Part shown: positions 1 to 11,759 of the stretch, piece after piece
Position numbering within the stretch: position 1 is the stretch's first letter
Layout of the letters: each line of letters begins with the position of its first letter
Source: the human T2T-CHM13v2.0 reference genome, Homo sapiens
NCBI RefSeq assembly: GCF_009914755.1
Contig: NC_060932.1
DNA length: 64,000 bases
Direction: 5' to 3' (one strand)
Position numbers and translations under genes: made by a program
The notes under the pieces: model-generated
Databases searched by the model: none
What the model was told of the DNA's origin: nothing
The model's input: the letters and a program-made list of their open reading frames with translations, nothing else

Positions 1-394
1 TCAGTCTGAGATTAAGCCAGAATCCCCATATAATGACACTTGACATACTTATTTGAAGTTAATGTACTATATATTTTTATGGATATAAGCATGGTTAAAC
101 ATCTCAAACACTGACATATTTGCAGAATTTATTTGCTAAAACTCTCAAGTATACTTGTAGCAAAAAGACAGTATTTAATACTATTATTTGGCAGCTTGAC
201 AGACTACTTATTTTGAAGGAATTTGTCACTATAAAAAAATCTAAGAATGTTAAATACATGAGTTCATAAGTAAATAAGAATAACATCAATTAATCAAATA
301 CAATAAGTTAAAGGAAAATCAGAGTGGTAATTATAGGCGATTTAGCTAGAGTGCTACATTATGTTGAATCATAATTTATATGTAAGATCCACAA

Positions 395-810
395 ATTTTA
401 AGTTGAATTTTGAAAACTATGTACAGCCATGTAACCACCAACCCAATGTAGGCATAGAACAGTTCCTTTGAATCAGAAAGTTCCCTTCTGTCACTTTTGC
501 ATTAATCCCCATCTCTGCTTTATTTTGTCTGTACTTTAGCACTCCCGTAAACAATATCACATAGTATTACTCTTTAGGGTCTGTTTTCTTTTGCTTAGCA
601 TAGTGGTTTGAGATTCATATACATTGCTGCATGTGCAGTTAATTCATCCTTTTTATTTCAGAGTAGAATATCATTATATGAATATAACATGATTTGATTT
701 ATAACATGTTATGAATATAATTTCATAAATGCCTGTTGATGGACATTTATTTTGCTTCAAATTCTATAGTATAAAGAAGGTGCTATAAACATTATTGAAG
801 AACAATTTTG
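395..810 (-). mobile_element. Old L1M (L1MC/ME-like) 3' fragment
   Basis: Degenerate antisense L1 3'UTR motifs (gtaaccaccaacccaat...agaacagttcc; tttgagattcat...ttgctgcatgt; gttgatggacattt). Confidence 0.6.
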
Positions 811-819
811 AAGATCTTT

Positions 820-1170
820 TATTTACTTATTTATTTTATTTTCATGGGTACATAATAGATATATATATATTTATGGGGTATCTGAGATATTTTGATACAA
901 GCAGGCAAGGCAAAATCAAAACATCAGAGTAAATGATTCATGTATCACCTCAAGCATTTATAATTCCTTTGTGTTACAACATTCCAGTGATACTCTTATT
1001 TATTTTAAAATGCACACATGAATGTTGACTGTAATATCACCCTGTTGTTCTATTAGGTCATATGCCTTTTATCTAACTATATTTTTGTACCTATTAACCA
1101 TCCCCACTTTCTCCCTCCCGCATTACCTTTTGTAGCCTCTGGTTATCATTATTCCATTCTCTGTTTCTCT
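820..1170 (-). mobile_element. L1MA-type 3' end
   Basis: T-rich tail then atgggtacataatag...atttatggggta...gagatattttgatac...atcacctcaagcattta, the typical antisense L1MA 3' terminus. Confidence 0.75.
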
Positions 1171-1259
1171 TTAATTTACTCATTTAGCATGCACAAATTC
1201 CAGGGTCTGAAACTACACATTCATAGGGTAGGTATATATTTAATTTAATAAAAGTGCGA

Positions 1260-2205
1260 CAAACTGGATTCTAAAATGGTTGTAATATTTTATGGTATAC
1301 ATAGAAATGTATGAGAGTTCTAGTTTCTCCACATCCCGATCTCTCTTTTGTATTGTCAGACTTTTTAATTTCAGTGATTCTAATATATATGACACGGAAA
1401 TGTTCAACTCCATGATTACTACTGACATTCAACATTTTTTCACATGCATATTTGCTATTTGTCTATCTCCCATTGTAAAGATTATGGCCTTTTGAATTAG
1501 TCTGTTTTTATTATTGTTTAATTCTTATTTTTATCTAGATTTGACCCTTTGTCAGATACACAGTTTTCTGAACTTTATTTCAGACTTTGACAAGTCTTTA
1601 TTTCTTTAAGTGTGTCTTTTGAGGACCACATGATTTTAATTTCAATAAAGATAATTTTATTAATTTTTAAAATCACGGTTCATGTTTTCGGGACTTTGTT
1701 ACAAAAAAAATAAAAACCTTGCCTGACATAATAATAAAGATATTTTTTAAAATTCTAAGTTTTCTTCTAAAGTTTTATAGGTCTAGTTTTTAAGTAAAGA
1801 ACCATGATTGATCTTAAGATAATTTTATTATATGGTGTGAAGCATGGATCTATGTTCATTATTTCCATGTACTTATCCGGTATTTCATCATCATTTGTTG
1901 GAAATATTTTGAGCTTTGGTTTTGATTTACTTAGTGGCATTGACAAAAAATAAAAATAAAACAACTTTATGATATATTTGTAGACCATCTCTTCTGTTGC
2001 ATTTACTTATTTGTTTATCCTTAAGCTAATACTGCACTGTTTTGATTAATATAGCCTTATTGTAATTATTGAAAGCAAATAATTTAAGTATTTCATTTGT
2101 TTCTCTTGCAAGATAAATTTAACAATCTAAAGCCATTTGTATTTCCATAAAATTTTAGAATCTGTCAATTTGTATTTTAAAAGACTGCAAAGATATTGAT
2201 TAGAA
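1260..2205 (-). mobile_element. Old L1M ORF2 3' region, decayed
   Basis: Antisense L1 ORF2 motifs (tttctccacatcc, ccctttgtcagata, tatggtgtgaag...ggatcta, atactgcactgttttgatta, ttccataaaattttagaatc). Confidence 0.65.
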
Positions 2206-2324
2206 TATATATTTATTACTATTTTATGTTAATCATATATATATGAGAATAGACAAAGTGTGAATAGACATATATATGACATTTGATAATTACAATTCTT
2301 TAAAGAAAATATTTTATTGATGCA

Positions 2325-2645
2325 TGTACAGATAAATGGACCAATGAAATAAAATAGCTCAAAAAGTATCAACAACCAAAATGAAAACTTCATATATAAA
2401 AAATGAAGAGATAGAATTGTTACTCATTGGAGAGCTAATCAACTACTTAATTCTTGGCCATGGATGATAGGTAATCTATGGGAAACAAAATAAAATTGGA
2501 ATATTACACAATTTATTTAAATCATCCATGTAGTTACACTGTATCAATCAATTTCCTGTAGACTAAACAATAAGTTAAAATATTGTAAGAATATATAGGA
2601 GAATGTCTTTGTGATTTCTATATTAGAATTTTTAAATGCTGTAAA
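2325..2645 (+). mobile_element. Old L1M ORF2 fragment
   Basis: gaccaatgaaataaaatag and aatatataggagaatgtctttgtga resemble sense L1 ORF2; highly diverged. Confidence 0.45.
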
Positions 2646-3351
2646 AATCAATAAATTATTAATTATAACGATTATCTTTTTTATTGTCTTGTGTATTGAT
2701 TTTAAGGAGGATTTTTTTAAAATCTGGATTATAATTCTTGAGAGACAGACAGAAAGAGAGATAAAGGATGCAGAGTCAAAAATAAACCAAAGTGAGGATA
2801 ACATTTTTATACAAACAGGGAAGTTAAGAATATTATCAATGTGGATATCAGAGTGAATATGAAGGATTCATGAGGGTTTTAATTGTATTTTGATATATAT
2901 TTTGTGATGGCATAGCTTATTTTTCATGTGACTGTTTGGATAGCAACCTGAGAGAATTTTTATTAACTAAGTAACTCACTCCTCCTTTTGAATTGATTAT
3001 ATGAAACTCAATGACAATGTTGTAGCCAACACAAACTATTCTCCTAGTTCTCATTGTATATTTTAAAAATTAAACACTGTACAACTCCCTTGGGCATTTC
3101 ATCCAGATATATAGGATGTACACTCTTCATAGAGACTGTTAATATCACTTAAAAAATAAGAACACCAGAATTTTTTCACAAGTGTAATAGGGCATGAACA
3201 ATGAATCTTTACTAGGCTCTACGTCTCAGGTTATAAACATTTTTTTTATTCATTGCAAAATTTTAAAAACAAAATAAAGAATTGGATGCTTCTCATGTTA
3301 TACAGCTTTCAAAGTCATAGTGTTCGAAAAATTTTGTTTTATTTAGAAGAG

Positions 3352-3484
3352 TTTTTATTCTTAAGTAGGCTTTCTCCATGCAGCATCAAGTATTGACCCT
3401 AGGAATTACAAGCTTATTTAATTTATCTTTAACAGTATATATAATTGCTTATATATACTGAAATGAGAGAGAGGCAGAAAAACA
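3352..3484. repeat. Left arm of ~130-bp inverted repeat (partner 4682-4809)
   Basis: Reverse complement matches 4682-4809 except for one substitution and a 5-bp indel. Confidence 0.95.
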
Positions 3485-4681
3485 AAGTAAATGCAAAACC
3501 TATATATAAATTTTAAGATTAAAAGTTGCTATTTTGTATAGTAAATTTGTATTTGTTAGCCCACAGATATAACAAAATGTATTGAATTATAAAACAATTA
3601 AATCATTTGGTACTTTGTAAAAATGATATTAAAGCAGTACAACTGACTTTTTATTTGTTATTTGCAAGAAAAATAAATACAAGTTAACCAAAACTGAAAA
3701 GCTTATCAGGTGGTATACTGAAACAATTAATAAAGGTATTGCCATCTAAGCAATATTTCATTTAAAATAATTTACATAAACCAGTTTACAGGGAAATGCT
3801 ATAAAGTGCATACAAACATAGTTACAGGCATAACTTCTACTCCCAGAGCCTCTGAATGGGTTCCAACAAAAGAGACACTACACATAGTATTGCTGAGGAT
3901 AGTGAATAAAAATATATCTCAAAATATATCATGTTCTTAAACCAATAATTTAAAGCTCTGTAGGATATAACATTGCTGTGTGATTCAGAATAGCCTCCTG
4001 TGTCTTGCTCTCATGGATTAAGTGATTAGGAAAAAAGAGAGCTAAAATGAAGCAAATCTTAACTAATTGTCTGTTTTATAATGGTACTACATATACAGTT
4101 ATTTGGATTTACTTATTTCTAATCACCATCCAGGAGAATATATACACTGTTATTTAAAAGTTACCCTTATAATTCAATATTTGAATGATTAGTCTAGATA
4201 AATATCATATAAATATATCAATGTATAAATCTGCTAATATTGTAACCAATGATTTAATCTTTAAAAGCAAAAGAAAAGAAAGGCATATTTAAAGGCAAAA
4301 GCGTTTGGGTATTCAAATCTTGGTTACTAAGTAACTGAAATATTATTTTTATTTATTTCACACTATAGAAAGAAACATGAAAATAACAATGGTAGGCCTT
4401 TTGAAAGGACAGTTTGCTTGTCCAAGAGTGTTATAAAGACACTGGATTTTTTAAAGTAGATGTTATTCTTATGCAAAAAGGAAAATACATACACATATAA
4501 AATGTTTTTCTTTTCTTGTTTAGTTTCTCCATTACACCCATATATTACATATATTATACCTGTAGTACTCACATAGATTTTCCACTCAATATATTGTGAT
4601 CTCAATCAAGATACAGACATTAATTTGACATGTAACCAAACAACCATTGTATAACACTGGAGGGACATCCCTCTTTCATTC

Positions 4682-4809
4682 TGTTTTTCTGCCTCTCTCT
4701 CATTTAAGTATATATAAGCAATTATATATACTGTTAAAGATAAATAAGCTTGTAATTCCTAGGGTCAATACTTGATGCTGCATGGAGAAAGCCTACTTAA
4801 GAATAAAAA
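4682..4809. repeat. Right arm of ~130-bp inverted repeat (partner 3352-3484)
   Basis: tgtttttctgcctctctctcattt...gcctacttaagaataaaaa is the reverse complement of the left arm. Confidence 0.95.
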
Positions 4810-5728
4810 TAACAGTGGTCAACAGAAGAGAGAGAGAGCTGGTAATCTTGAACAGATGAAAGGCTATCCATAAAATGAGCTTCTTTGTTTGCACTTCCCC
4901 TTTACAAAAACGGACATCTTTTATCGCTTGAGATATTTTGGATTGGAGTTTTGGCCTTGAAATTGAAATATCACTGACCAACACGAAGATCAAGGTTAAT
5001 GTCTATATATTATGGATAAACAATTATCAGGCTCAGAGTAATTAAATGAATCAGACAATATGCAGGTAAAACCAGTATGTATTAGAGGGTAAATTTTTTA
5101 GCATTTGTTGAGATCTGTAACGTTCAGCTTTCATGATGTTGCAAACAATAAATTTTATTTTTAGATTTTGTATTGATAAAACAGAGAAATCTTTATCTGA
5201 CTTATTTAACACTCATCTCCATATATATTAAAATGCCTCAGTCCTTATTATACCATAACATCTTAGAGGAGTAAAATTAAATATAATTCACTTTTTAAAA
5301 TCTTTTTTTCATAGAACAGAAAATTTTACCTTCTTTCTTCTAGGATTTATAATTTTCTGATAAGTAACATACATTTAAGATAATCCTTCATAATACCTTT
5401 ACAAATCAGGTAGGTTAAAGATTTGAAAAATTAATATCTGTATCCCCTCCCAAATCACATGGGGTTTCAAATATAGCAAGGGGGTTAACTGATGTGGCAT
5501 CTAGTCATATATCTGTAACATTAGTAACAAGCATATCTCTAGAGGCTTTTTTCCATTAATTTTCCCCTGTGGTTGTGAAGAAATGTTCAAATGTCAAGAA
5601 ATGGTACATTAAGTTTTTTTCTTTGTAATATGAGTAATATAATCGCACAAATCTATATGACTAGAAAATAAAAAACTCTACTTTAAACCAAGATGATGAT
5701 TGATTGAATGTCCATATGTAATTGCTGA

Positions 5729-5788
5729 AGTTTGTGTATTTAGAAATTGTTCAAAGATAATTTTGGACAATTTCTAAATATACCAACT
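5729..5788 (+). other. Near-perfect 60-nt hairpin / quasi-palindrome
   Basis: gtgtatttagaaattgttcaaa-gataat-tttggacaatttctaaatatac: 22-bp stem with 2 G:U pairs, extendable by 4 bp past one mismatch. Confidence 0.85.
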
Positions 5789-7727
5789 GTTTATTATAAT
5801 CAGATGTGCATTTTAGCAAATGTACTCAATGTATTTTTTGCTATACACATAGTAAAATAAAATTACTGCAAGATTTTTTAAAAAGTTGAACAAATTATTA
5901 TTAAATTGAAATAATACTAATTAATCACTGTCAATATTCATGGATAAATTTTACTGTGTTTATGGGAAAATATATTATTTTATGATAATAATCCCATCTC
6001 AATAACTTTTGACCAAGCATTTTGTTTATTTTTTTCTCAATATCAGATAATATACAATTTTGTAGGTTGGAATATGATATCTAAATTCACACACACACAT
6101 AAACATGTATACATGCATACTCATCCATCTCTCTTGAGATATTTAATTTGGCATATCATTTAACCCAAACTAAGTAAAATTTTCATGCTTCCTTGAAAGG
6201 GCAATGCTATATTTTTGTGTACTGTGTGTTTATCTTAACATTACTCATGAGAACCACAAAATATGAAATTTTAATATTATGAGAACAAGAATTAATATGA
6301 ATGAAATAACCTAATGAAACGACCTGTCCTCATTCATAGATACATATGCTAAATGACATAGATTCCCATATGCTAGAAGAAGACACACATTTATAGGTAT
6401 GCCACATTTTTTCTCATAGACCATCTGTCTTATGAAAGTGAAATTCTCATAATATTGTATCTCTCATCTGCTCTCACAAAATCTGTGAATGGTTTACCAA
6501 AAGAGAAATGAAGGCAGATGTGGGTAACTTCTGGGAGAATTTCTGTCTCTTTAACATTTAGAAATATAAGTATGAAAGTTGATGGCAAGGAAGGACAGAG
6601 GTATCCATATACACTGTTTTTGGATCCTCCTCCAGGTAAACAAATTGTCTATATCAATCAAATATTTGTTTTCTCTTTTTACACAAAAAAATACCTTTAT
6701 AAATGTAACATAGGATGAGAAACAATTTATATTAAAATATTGAAAATTAATCTTCCATTTATTAAAGTAGGAATATTGTATCCCTAGATACTATTAGTAT
6801 AAACTTTTGAGCTATGTTTTTTAAGGGAAAATATTAATTAATACGGGAAAATATATTTATTAAATTTTATATATAATGAAATTATAAATATTTTATCATA
6901 ATATAATATAATGTTCACATTTTAGATATAATTATTGATTATTATACCAATTGTTTTATAACTGCTAAATAAAATATACTTTGATATACTCTTAAATGTG
7001 TAATTTTTCATTCTTGTGATGATACAACTACAGGCTTATCTTTGTAATTATAAAAATATCATCCCAAGAATGATTAATTAATCTATGCCTTAAAATTCTC
7101 ATATGAAGATAAAATAAAACTGATCAACAGAAACAAAATAGTTAAAAGAACATATTGCTCATGGTATTAACCCACTCCCTCCCATTTTCCTATATGTTTT
7201 TTCTTCTAATCTTACATCACAACAGCCCATAAGAGGAGTTAGTGAAACAGAAAATATTACTAGGAGGTGAGGATGAGGAAAAAATTCTAAACAGGCAAAT
7301 TCAGACTGTTTCTTTTGACTGTGGAGGGAATAAAACTAAAGATTATGAGATGTTAATTCATCAAGGAACAGAGAGAGAGAGAACAAGAATGGAAAACAGG
7401 AGAAGAGAGGACAGGAAAAAGAGTATAAATAGTACAGGCAATTTTGACCACAATTCCATTTATACTACTTATAGTTTAAACACGTTAATGTGTAGAGCCT
7501 AATTTTAAAGTTTAACAATATATATGTATATAACATTAATTCAATAAATACTTATGGAATACCTGTTATGCCTCTAACATTCTTAAGGAACTGAGGATAT
7601 AACAATGAACAACACAGACAAAAATTTTTGTCCTCATGGAGCTTATGTTTTATGGAAAAGAAAAAAAAGGCTAAATAAGTGATACATTTGATGTGATTAG
7701 TGCAATAAGCCAATCAAAGCTAAAAGA

Positions 7728-7748
7728 CGTGTGTGTGTGTGTGTGTGT
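7728..7748. repeat. (GT)n microsatellite
   Basis: Direct reading. Confidence 0.9.
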
Positions 7749-7989
7749 CCACGTGCATGTATGTGCCTGTGTGTTGGCCACAACACTGGGAAGACGAAAT
7801 GTAGGCAACATACCAATGGAGGTAAAGGAACTTAACACAATGAAATTTGGTTGAGAGCACATCTGTCATTGGGAACAGCAAGTCCAAAGGCTCTGAGGTG
7901 AGACCTGCTTGAATCTGTTTAGAAAGATAAAGGAGGGGGTGGGGTTTTCCTCATGCAGAAGTTTACCTGGTATTAATCAAAATTTTCAC

Positions 7990-8266
7990 TTTTATTTTAT
8001 TTTACTTTACTTTTATTTCTTATTTATTTTTTTGAGATGGGGTCTTTCTCTGTCGCCCAGGCTGGAGTGCAGTGGTATGATCATAGCTCACTGCAGACTT
8101 GATCTCAAGCAATCCTCCCACCTCAGTCTCCTGAGTAGCTGAGACCTCAGGCATGCACCACCACGCCTCATTATGGTTATTACTTGTAATTTTTGTAGAG
8201 ACAGGGATCTCACTATGTTGTCTAGGCTGGTCTTGATCTCTTGGTCAAGTGATTCTCCTGCCTCAA
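7990..8266 (-). mobile_element. AluJ-like element, 5'-truncated
   Basis: T-rich tail, gagatggggtct...cccaggctggagtgcagtggtatgatcatagctcactgcag and ctcactatgttg (AluJ-type wording). Confidence 0.9.
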
Positions 8267-8619
8267 GATGGGAAGCCATTAGGAAGGTTTGAGTGGAAGG
8301 CTGACATTTTATATTTTTTATTTAACAGGATCCCTGCCTACTGTGCTGAGAATTAAAGGGAACAATGGGGTAGGAGAAGGAAAAGCTGATTGGAGTCAAT
8401 TGGGGGAAAATTCTAATAAAAGACTTTTCCAGTTTGGTCTCAAGATGAAGTGCTGGAGGTGAGGAGAGATGGGCAGATGTAGGTGAGAGAATTTTCTGAC
8501 AACTTGAATGTGTTCAGAGACAGAAAGATCCTAGTCAAGGTTCAACATAGCCCCTTTTACAAATAAGACCTCAATCAAAAATGCAGTATTGGTTTCCAAT
8601 TTTGTATGAAAAATAAAAA

Positions 8620-9310
8620 GTGCATAGCAATCCCCCTTCTCGGTGTATATGCAAAGGAACTGAAATCAGTATGTTTAAGAGGTATATGCACTTCCATGTT
8701 TATCACAGCTCTATTCAGAATAATAAAGATGTGGAATCAATCTAAGTGTCCATCAACAGATGGATGAATAAAGAAAATGTGGTATGTATACACATTAGAT
8801 CACCATTTTGCCTTTAAAAAGATGGAAATCCTATCATTTGCAACAACATGAATAAAACTATCAGACACCATGCTAAATGACATGAGTCAGGTACAGAAAG
8901 ACAAAGCACTACATCATCTCGCTTACATGTGGAATCTAAAAAAGTCATAGAATAGGAGAGTAGAATGGAGGTTGCCAAGAGCTGTGCCGTGGAGGTGGGG
9001 GTGGGGTGAAAGTGTGGAGATATTTGTAAAAGGATACAAATTTTCAGTTAGACAGGAATAGTAAGTTTTTGAGATCTATCACAGAGCATAGTGACTATAG
9101 TTAATAGTAATGTAATGTATATTTCACAATTACTAACAGAGTAGATTTTAAATGCTCTCACCAAACAAAAAAATAAGTATGTCAGGTGATGGATATGTTA
9201 ATAAGCCTAATTGAATCATTGCATAATGTATACATATATCAAGAATCACACTGTACTCTTATCATTGTTATTTTTCAAATAAAAATAAAATAAAAATTAG
9301 CAAATAAAAA
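8620..9310 (+). mobile_element. L1MA (L1MA8-10-like) 3' end
   Basis: agcaatcccccttct...aaggaactgaaatcagta...gttagacaggaatagtaagtttttgagatcta...gagtagattttaaatgctctcacca, then an A-rich tail. Confidence 0.85.
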
Positions 9311-9756
9311 CTATATTAGTTGCTCACTGAATATGTGCATGATGTCTTCCCAAATTCTTCCCAACTGTGATTTCAATTATGTGACATCTGTCTTTTCTGC
9401 TAACTTTAGTATCCATCTTTGAATAAGATGTCATTCTGTAGTGTACTAGAATGGTATAGACTGTAGAGAGCTGTCCAGCATGAAATAATGCTGAGTTCAA
9501 TGAGGCTATCTTAAAACATTTCAATCATAAGCAAAATGACATTTGAAAGTAGACTTGAGATCTCTTATGGATTGATCAATCTTTTCACTCTGTCTACTTG
9601 AGAGTATGTTGTTCTGGAAGTAAGGTCTATGACTATTGGAAGATTGTTGGCAGCATAAATCAGCATTTGTTTTAGTCTCAGAAGCTGTGCATATAGGTAT
9701 GGGGAAAGGGAGAAGGTGGCAGTATATGTACCACAGATCATTTATTTAGGTGACTC

Positions 9757-9776
9757 CTGTCCACCAGAGGGAGGTC
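9757..9776 (+). promoter_or_regulatory. Candidate CTCF motif
   Basis: ccaccagagggagg resembles the CTCF core CCASYAGRKGGCRS, mismatched at the conserved C. Motif match only. Confidence 0.3.
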
Positions 9777-10974
9777 AACAATCTTTGTCCAATCTAATGG
9801 AAAATTATGCAATTGAAGAGCCATCAGGATAAAGAGATCACACACATTTGAAATTCCTTCTAATGTTTGATGCTCACTGCTTATGAAGCCTTCTTTTTGT
9901 TCACTCGGGGGCATTCAGTGCTCAGGGTCTAGAGACTGACTTTATGTTGGTCTGTTCTTGGATTCTGATCTGTGTAAGTGATTTCTCTGCCTTCATGGCA
10001 ATGCCTTTACATTTTTCCCTCAGTATTGTACTTACCTTTCTTCTTTTTGAAAGCTTTAGCCCTTATTTCCTGCCTGTGCTTCCTAACCAGGCACTTATTC
10101 TTTAATTTAACATGTTCAGAGAGCTGCCTTCCCTCTGTCAGAGAGGAAACTACTCAGTAGCAAGTCATATGTACTTTTCTAATTTTATATCAAAAAAAGC
10201 TTTAGGTGGTATTTGTTAAATGTTTCCTTTTATAATCAGTATTTCACATTGCTTTGCAGAAAAGTCTATAGATTTATTCATCTTCTACTAGAAAATTGTT
10301 CCTTCTTTGACTCTCTTGGTCTTATTTTCAGATATTTTCGAAAGATCTGGGTTAGTTTTTTCTTTGCATGTTTTCTCTTAAAAAAATAACAATTTCATCT
10401 ACTCTGAAAGCCTTCTCTAACACTCATCCTCCAAATACAGATTAGAGATGCTTACATATGCTGATATAATATGTTGATGTTTAAGCAATCACCACAATGT
10501 ATTTTAATTATGCTTCTTTATCAATATTGTCTATTTTTCAGTAAAATTGCTGACAGCAGAAGTCTATCTATTTCACTCCTGTACTTGTAACATGTAGCTC
10601 AGTACTCAGAGACTAGGTGATCAAATACTATAGAATTCATTAACTAATGGATATCAATGCTATGCAGATGACATCCAAAGTGGTACTTACGACTAGAATT
10701 CCTCTCCTGTGTTCCATTCTCATATATTAAATATTTATTTGTCCATATTATATTCTACGTTCTAAGACAGTCCCATCATTTTTTACCCAAACTAATTTCA
10801 TTTTCATTCTTGAAATAAAAATGATTCTAAGCCACAGTCACACTCATAAGCTTTAAAACCTCCCACAACCTCTTTGCAAGCTCTTTGCAAGCCATTCTAT
10901 GTTCTATATCATCTGCTCAAGCATGATTTCCTTGTTGTTTTCCTTCTACTCACAAAGAAAGAGTTTTGATAGTG

Positions 10975-11245
10975 GAAAATGTATTCATTTTGGTAAGAGG
11001 AATGTACTATTTGGGCTTTTGTTCTCTGATTATGTACCTTTGAAAACTGGCAAGCCCCTTACTTGTCTGAAGAGATCAGGCACAGTCAGGGTGGTATGGC
11101 CGTAGGACTCCCTTACTTGTCTATGGCTTGGTTTCTTTCTATAAAAATGAGATAATGATATTCTATGTTTTTTGATGGGGATTAATTATGACAATGTATG
11201 TAAAGCACTTAGAAAAGTGCTTATTGTATGCTGACTGCCCACTTA
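10975..11245 (+). mobile_element. MIR (hosts the 5S insertion)
   Basis: ggcaagccccttac...ggtttctttctataaaatgagataatgata...gacaatgtatgtaaagcacttagaaaagtgc is the MIR core. Confidence 0.75.
11069..11109 (-). pseudogene. 3'-truncated (tailless) 5S rRNA retropseudogene, about 5S nt 1-38
   Basis: gagatcaggcacagtcagggtggtatggccgtag matches the reverse complement of the 5S 5' end GTCTACGGCCATACCACCCTGAACGCGCCCGATCTC. Flanked by a 13-bp TSD cccttacttgtct (11056-11068, 11110-11122). Confidence 0.9.
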
Positions 11246-11430
11246 GCATAGCTGTAATTATGATGTTTGCCTCTTAATCTGACCAAGTTGAACTATCCCT
11301 TAGTCCACTTACTATATTGTACTTTAGAAACTCTGCTAATAGACATAGAGTGTTGCTGAGTCTCTACCCACTTGTATAACAAACCATAAAAAAAACACAG
11401 ATGGTTTGTTAATTCTCCTTGCTCTTCTTT

Positions 11431-11690
11431 TCTTTTTTTTTTTTTTTTAGATGGAGTCTCGCACTGTCGCCCAGGCTGAGAGTGCAAGTGGCGCGATCTC
11501 AGCTCACTGAGCTTCGCCTCCTGGGTCCACGCCATTCTCCTGCCTCAGCCTCCCGAGTAGCTGGGACTACAGGCGTCCGCCACCACGCCCGGCTAATTTT
11601 TTGTATTTTTAATAGAGACGGGGTTTCACCGTGTTAACCCGGATGGTCTCGATCTCCTGACCTGGTGATCCACCCACCTCGGCCTCCCAA
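11431..11690 (-). mobile_element. AluY, 5'-truncated, with 17-bp TSD
   Basis: AluY-type wording (acgccattctcc, ggatggtctcgatctcc) and retained CpGs. TSD tctccttgctcttcttt at 11414-11430 and 11691-11707. Confidence 0.93.
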
Positions 11691-11759
11691 TCTCCTTGCT
11701 CTTCTTTAGAGCAGAGATCATACATAAAGCTGTCTGTACTCTTATACCTCTGTTCACTT

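Larger units (their letters stand above)
7535..8530 (-). mobile_element. L2 3' end, interrupted by (GT)n and AluJ
   Basis: ttcaataaatacttatggaatacc...gatataacaatgaacaacacagacaaaa...gtcctcatggagctta matches antisense L2 3' end; L2-like sequence resumes after 8270. Confidence 0.7.

Noticed and set aside
6541-6641. Possible plus-strand exon (ttctgtctctttaacatttag|...ccag|gtaaac)
   Set aside because: Donor is only moderate, and such site pairs arise by chance in 64 kb; no supporting neighbouring exons.
9208-9218. DUX4-type motif inside L1MA
   Set aside because: An isolated 11-mer in AT-rich repeat sequence; expected by chance.
10870-10891. 11-bp tandem duplication ctctttgcaag (similar short duplications near 39630, 58945 and 61970)
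   Set aside because: Ordinary slippage products; not a spaced array or CRISPR-like structure.
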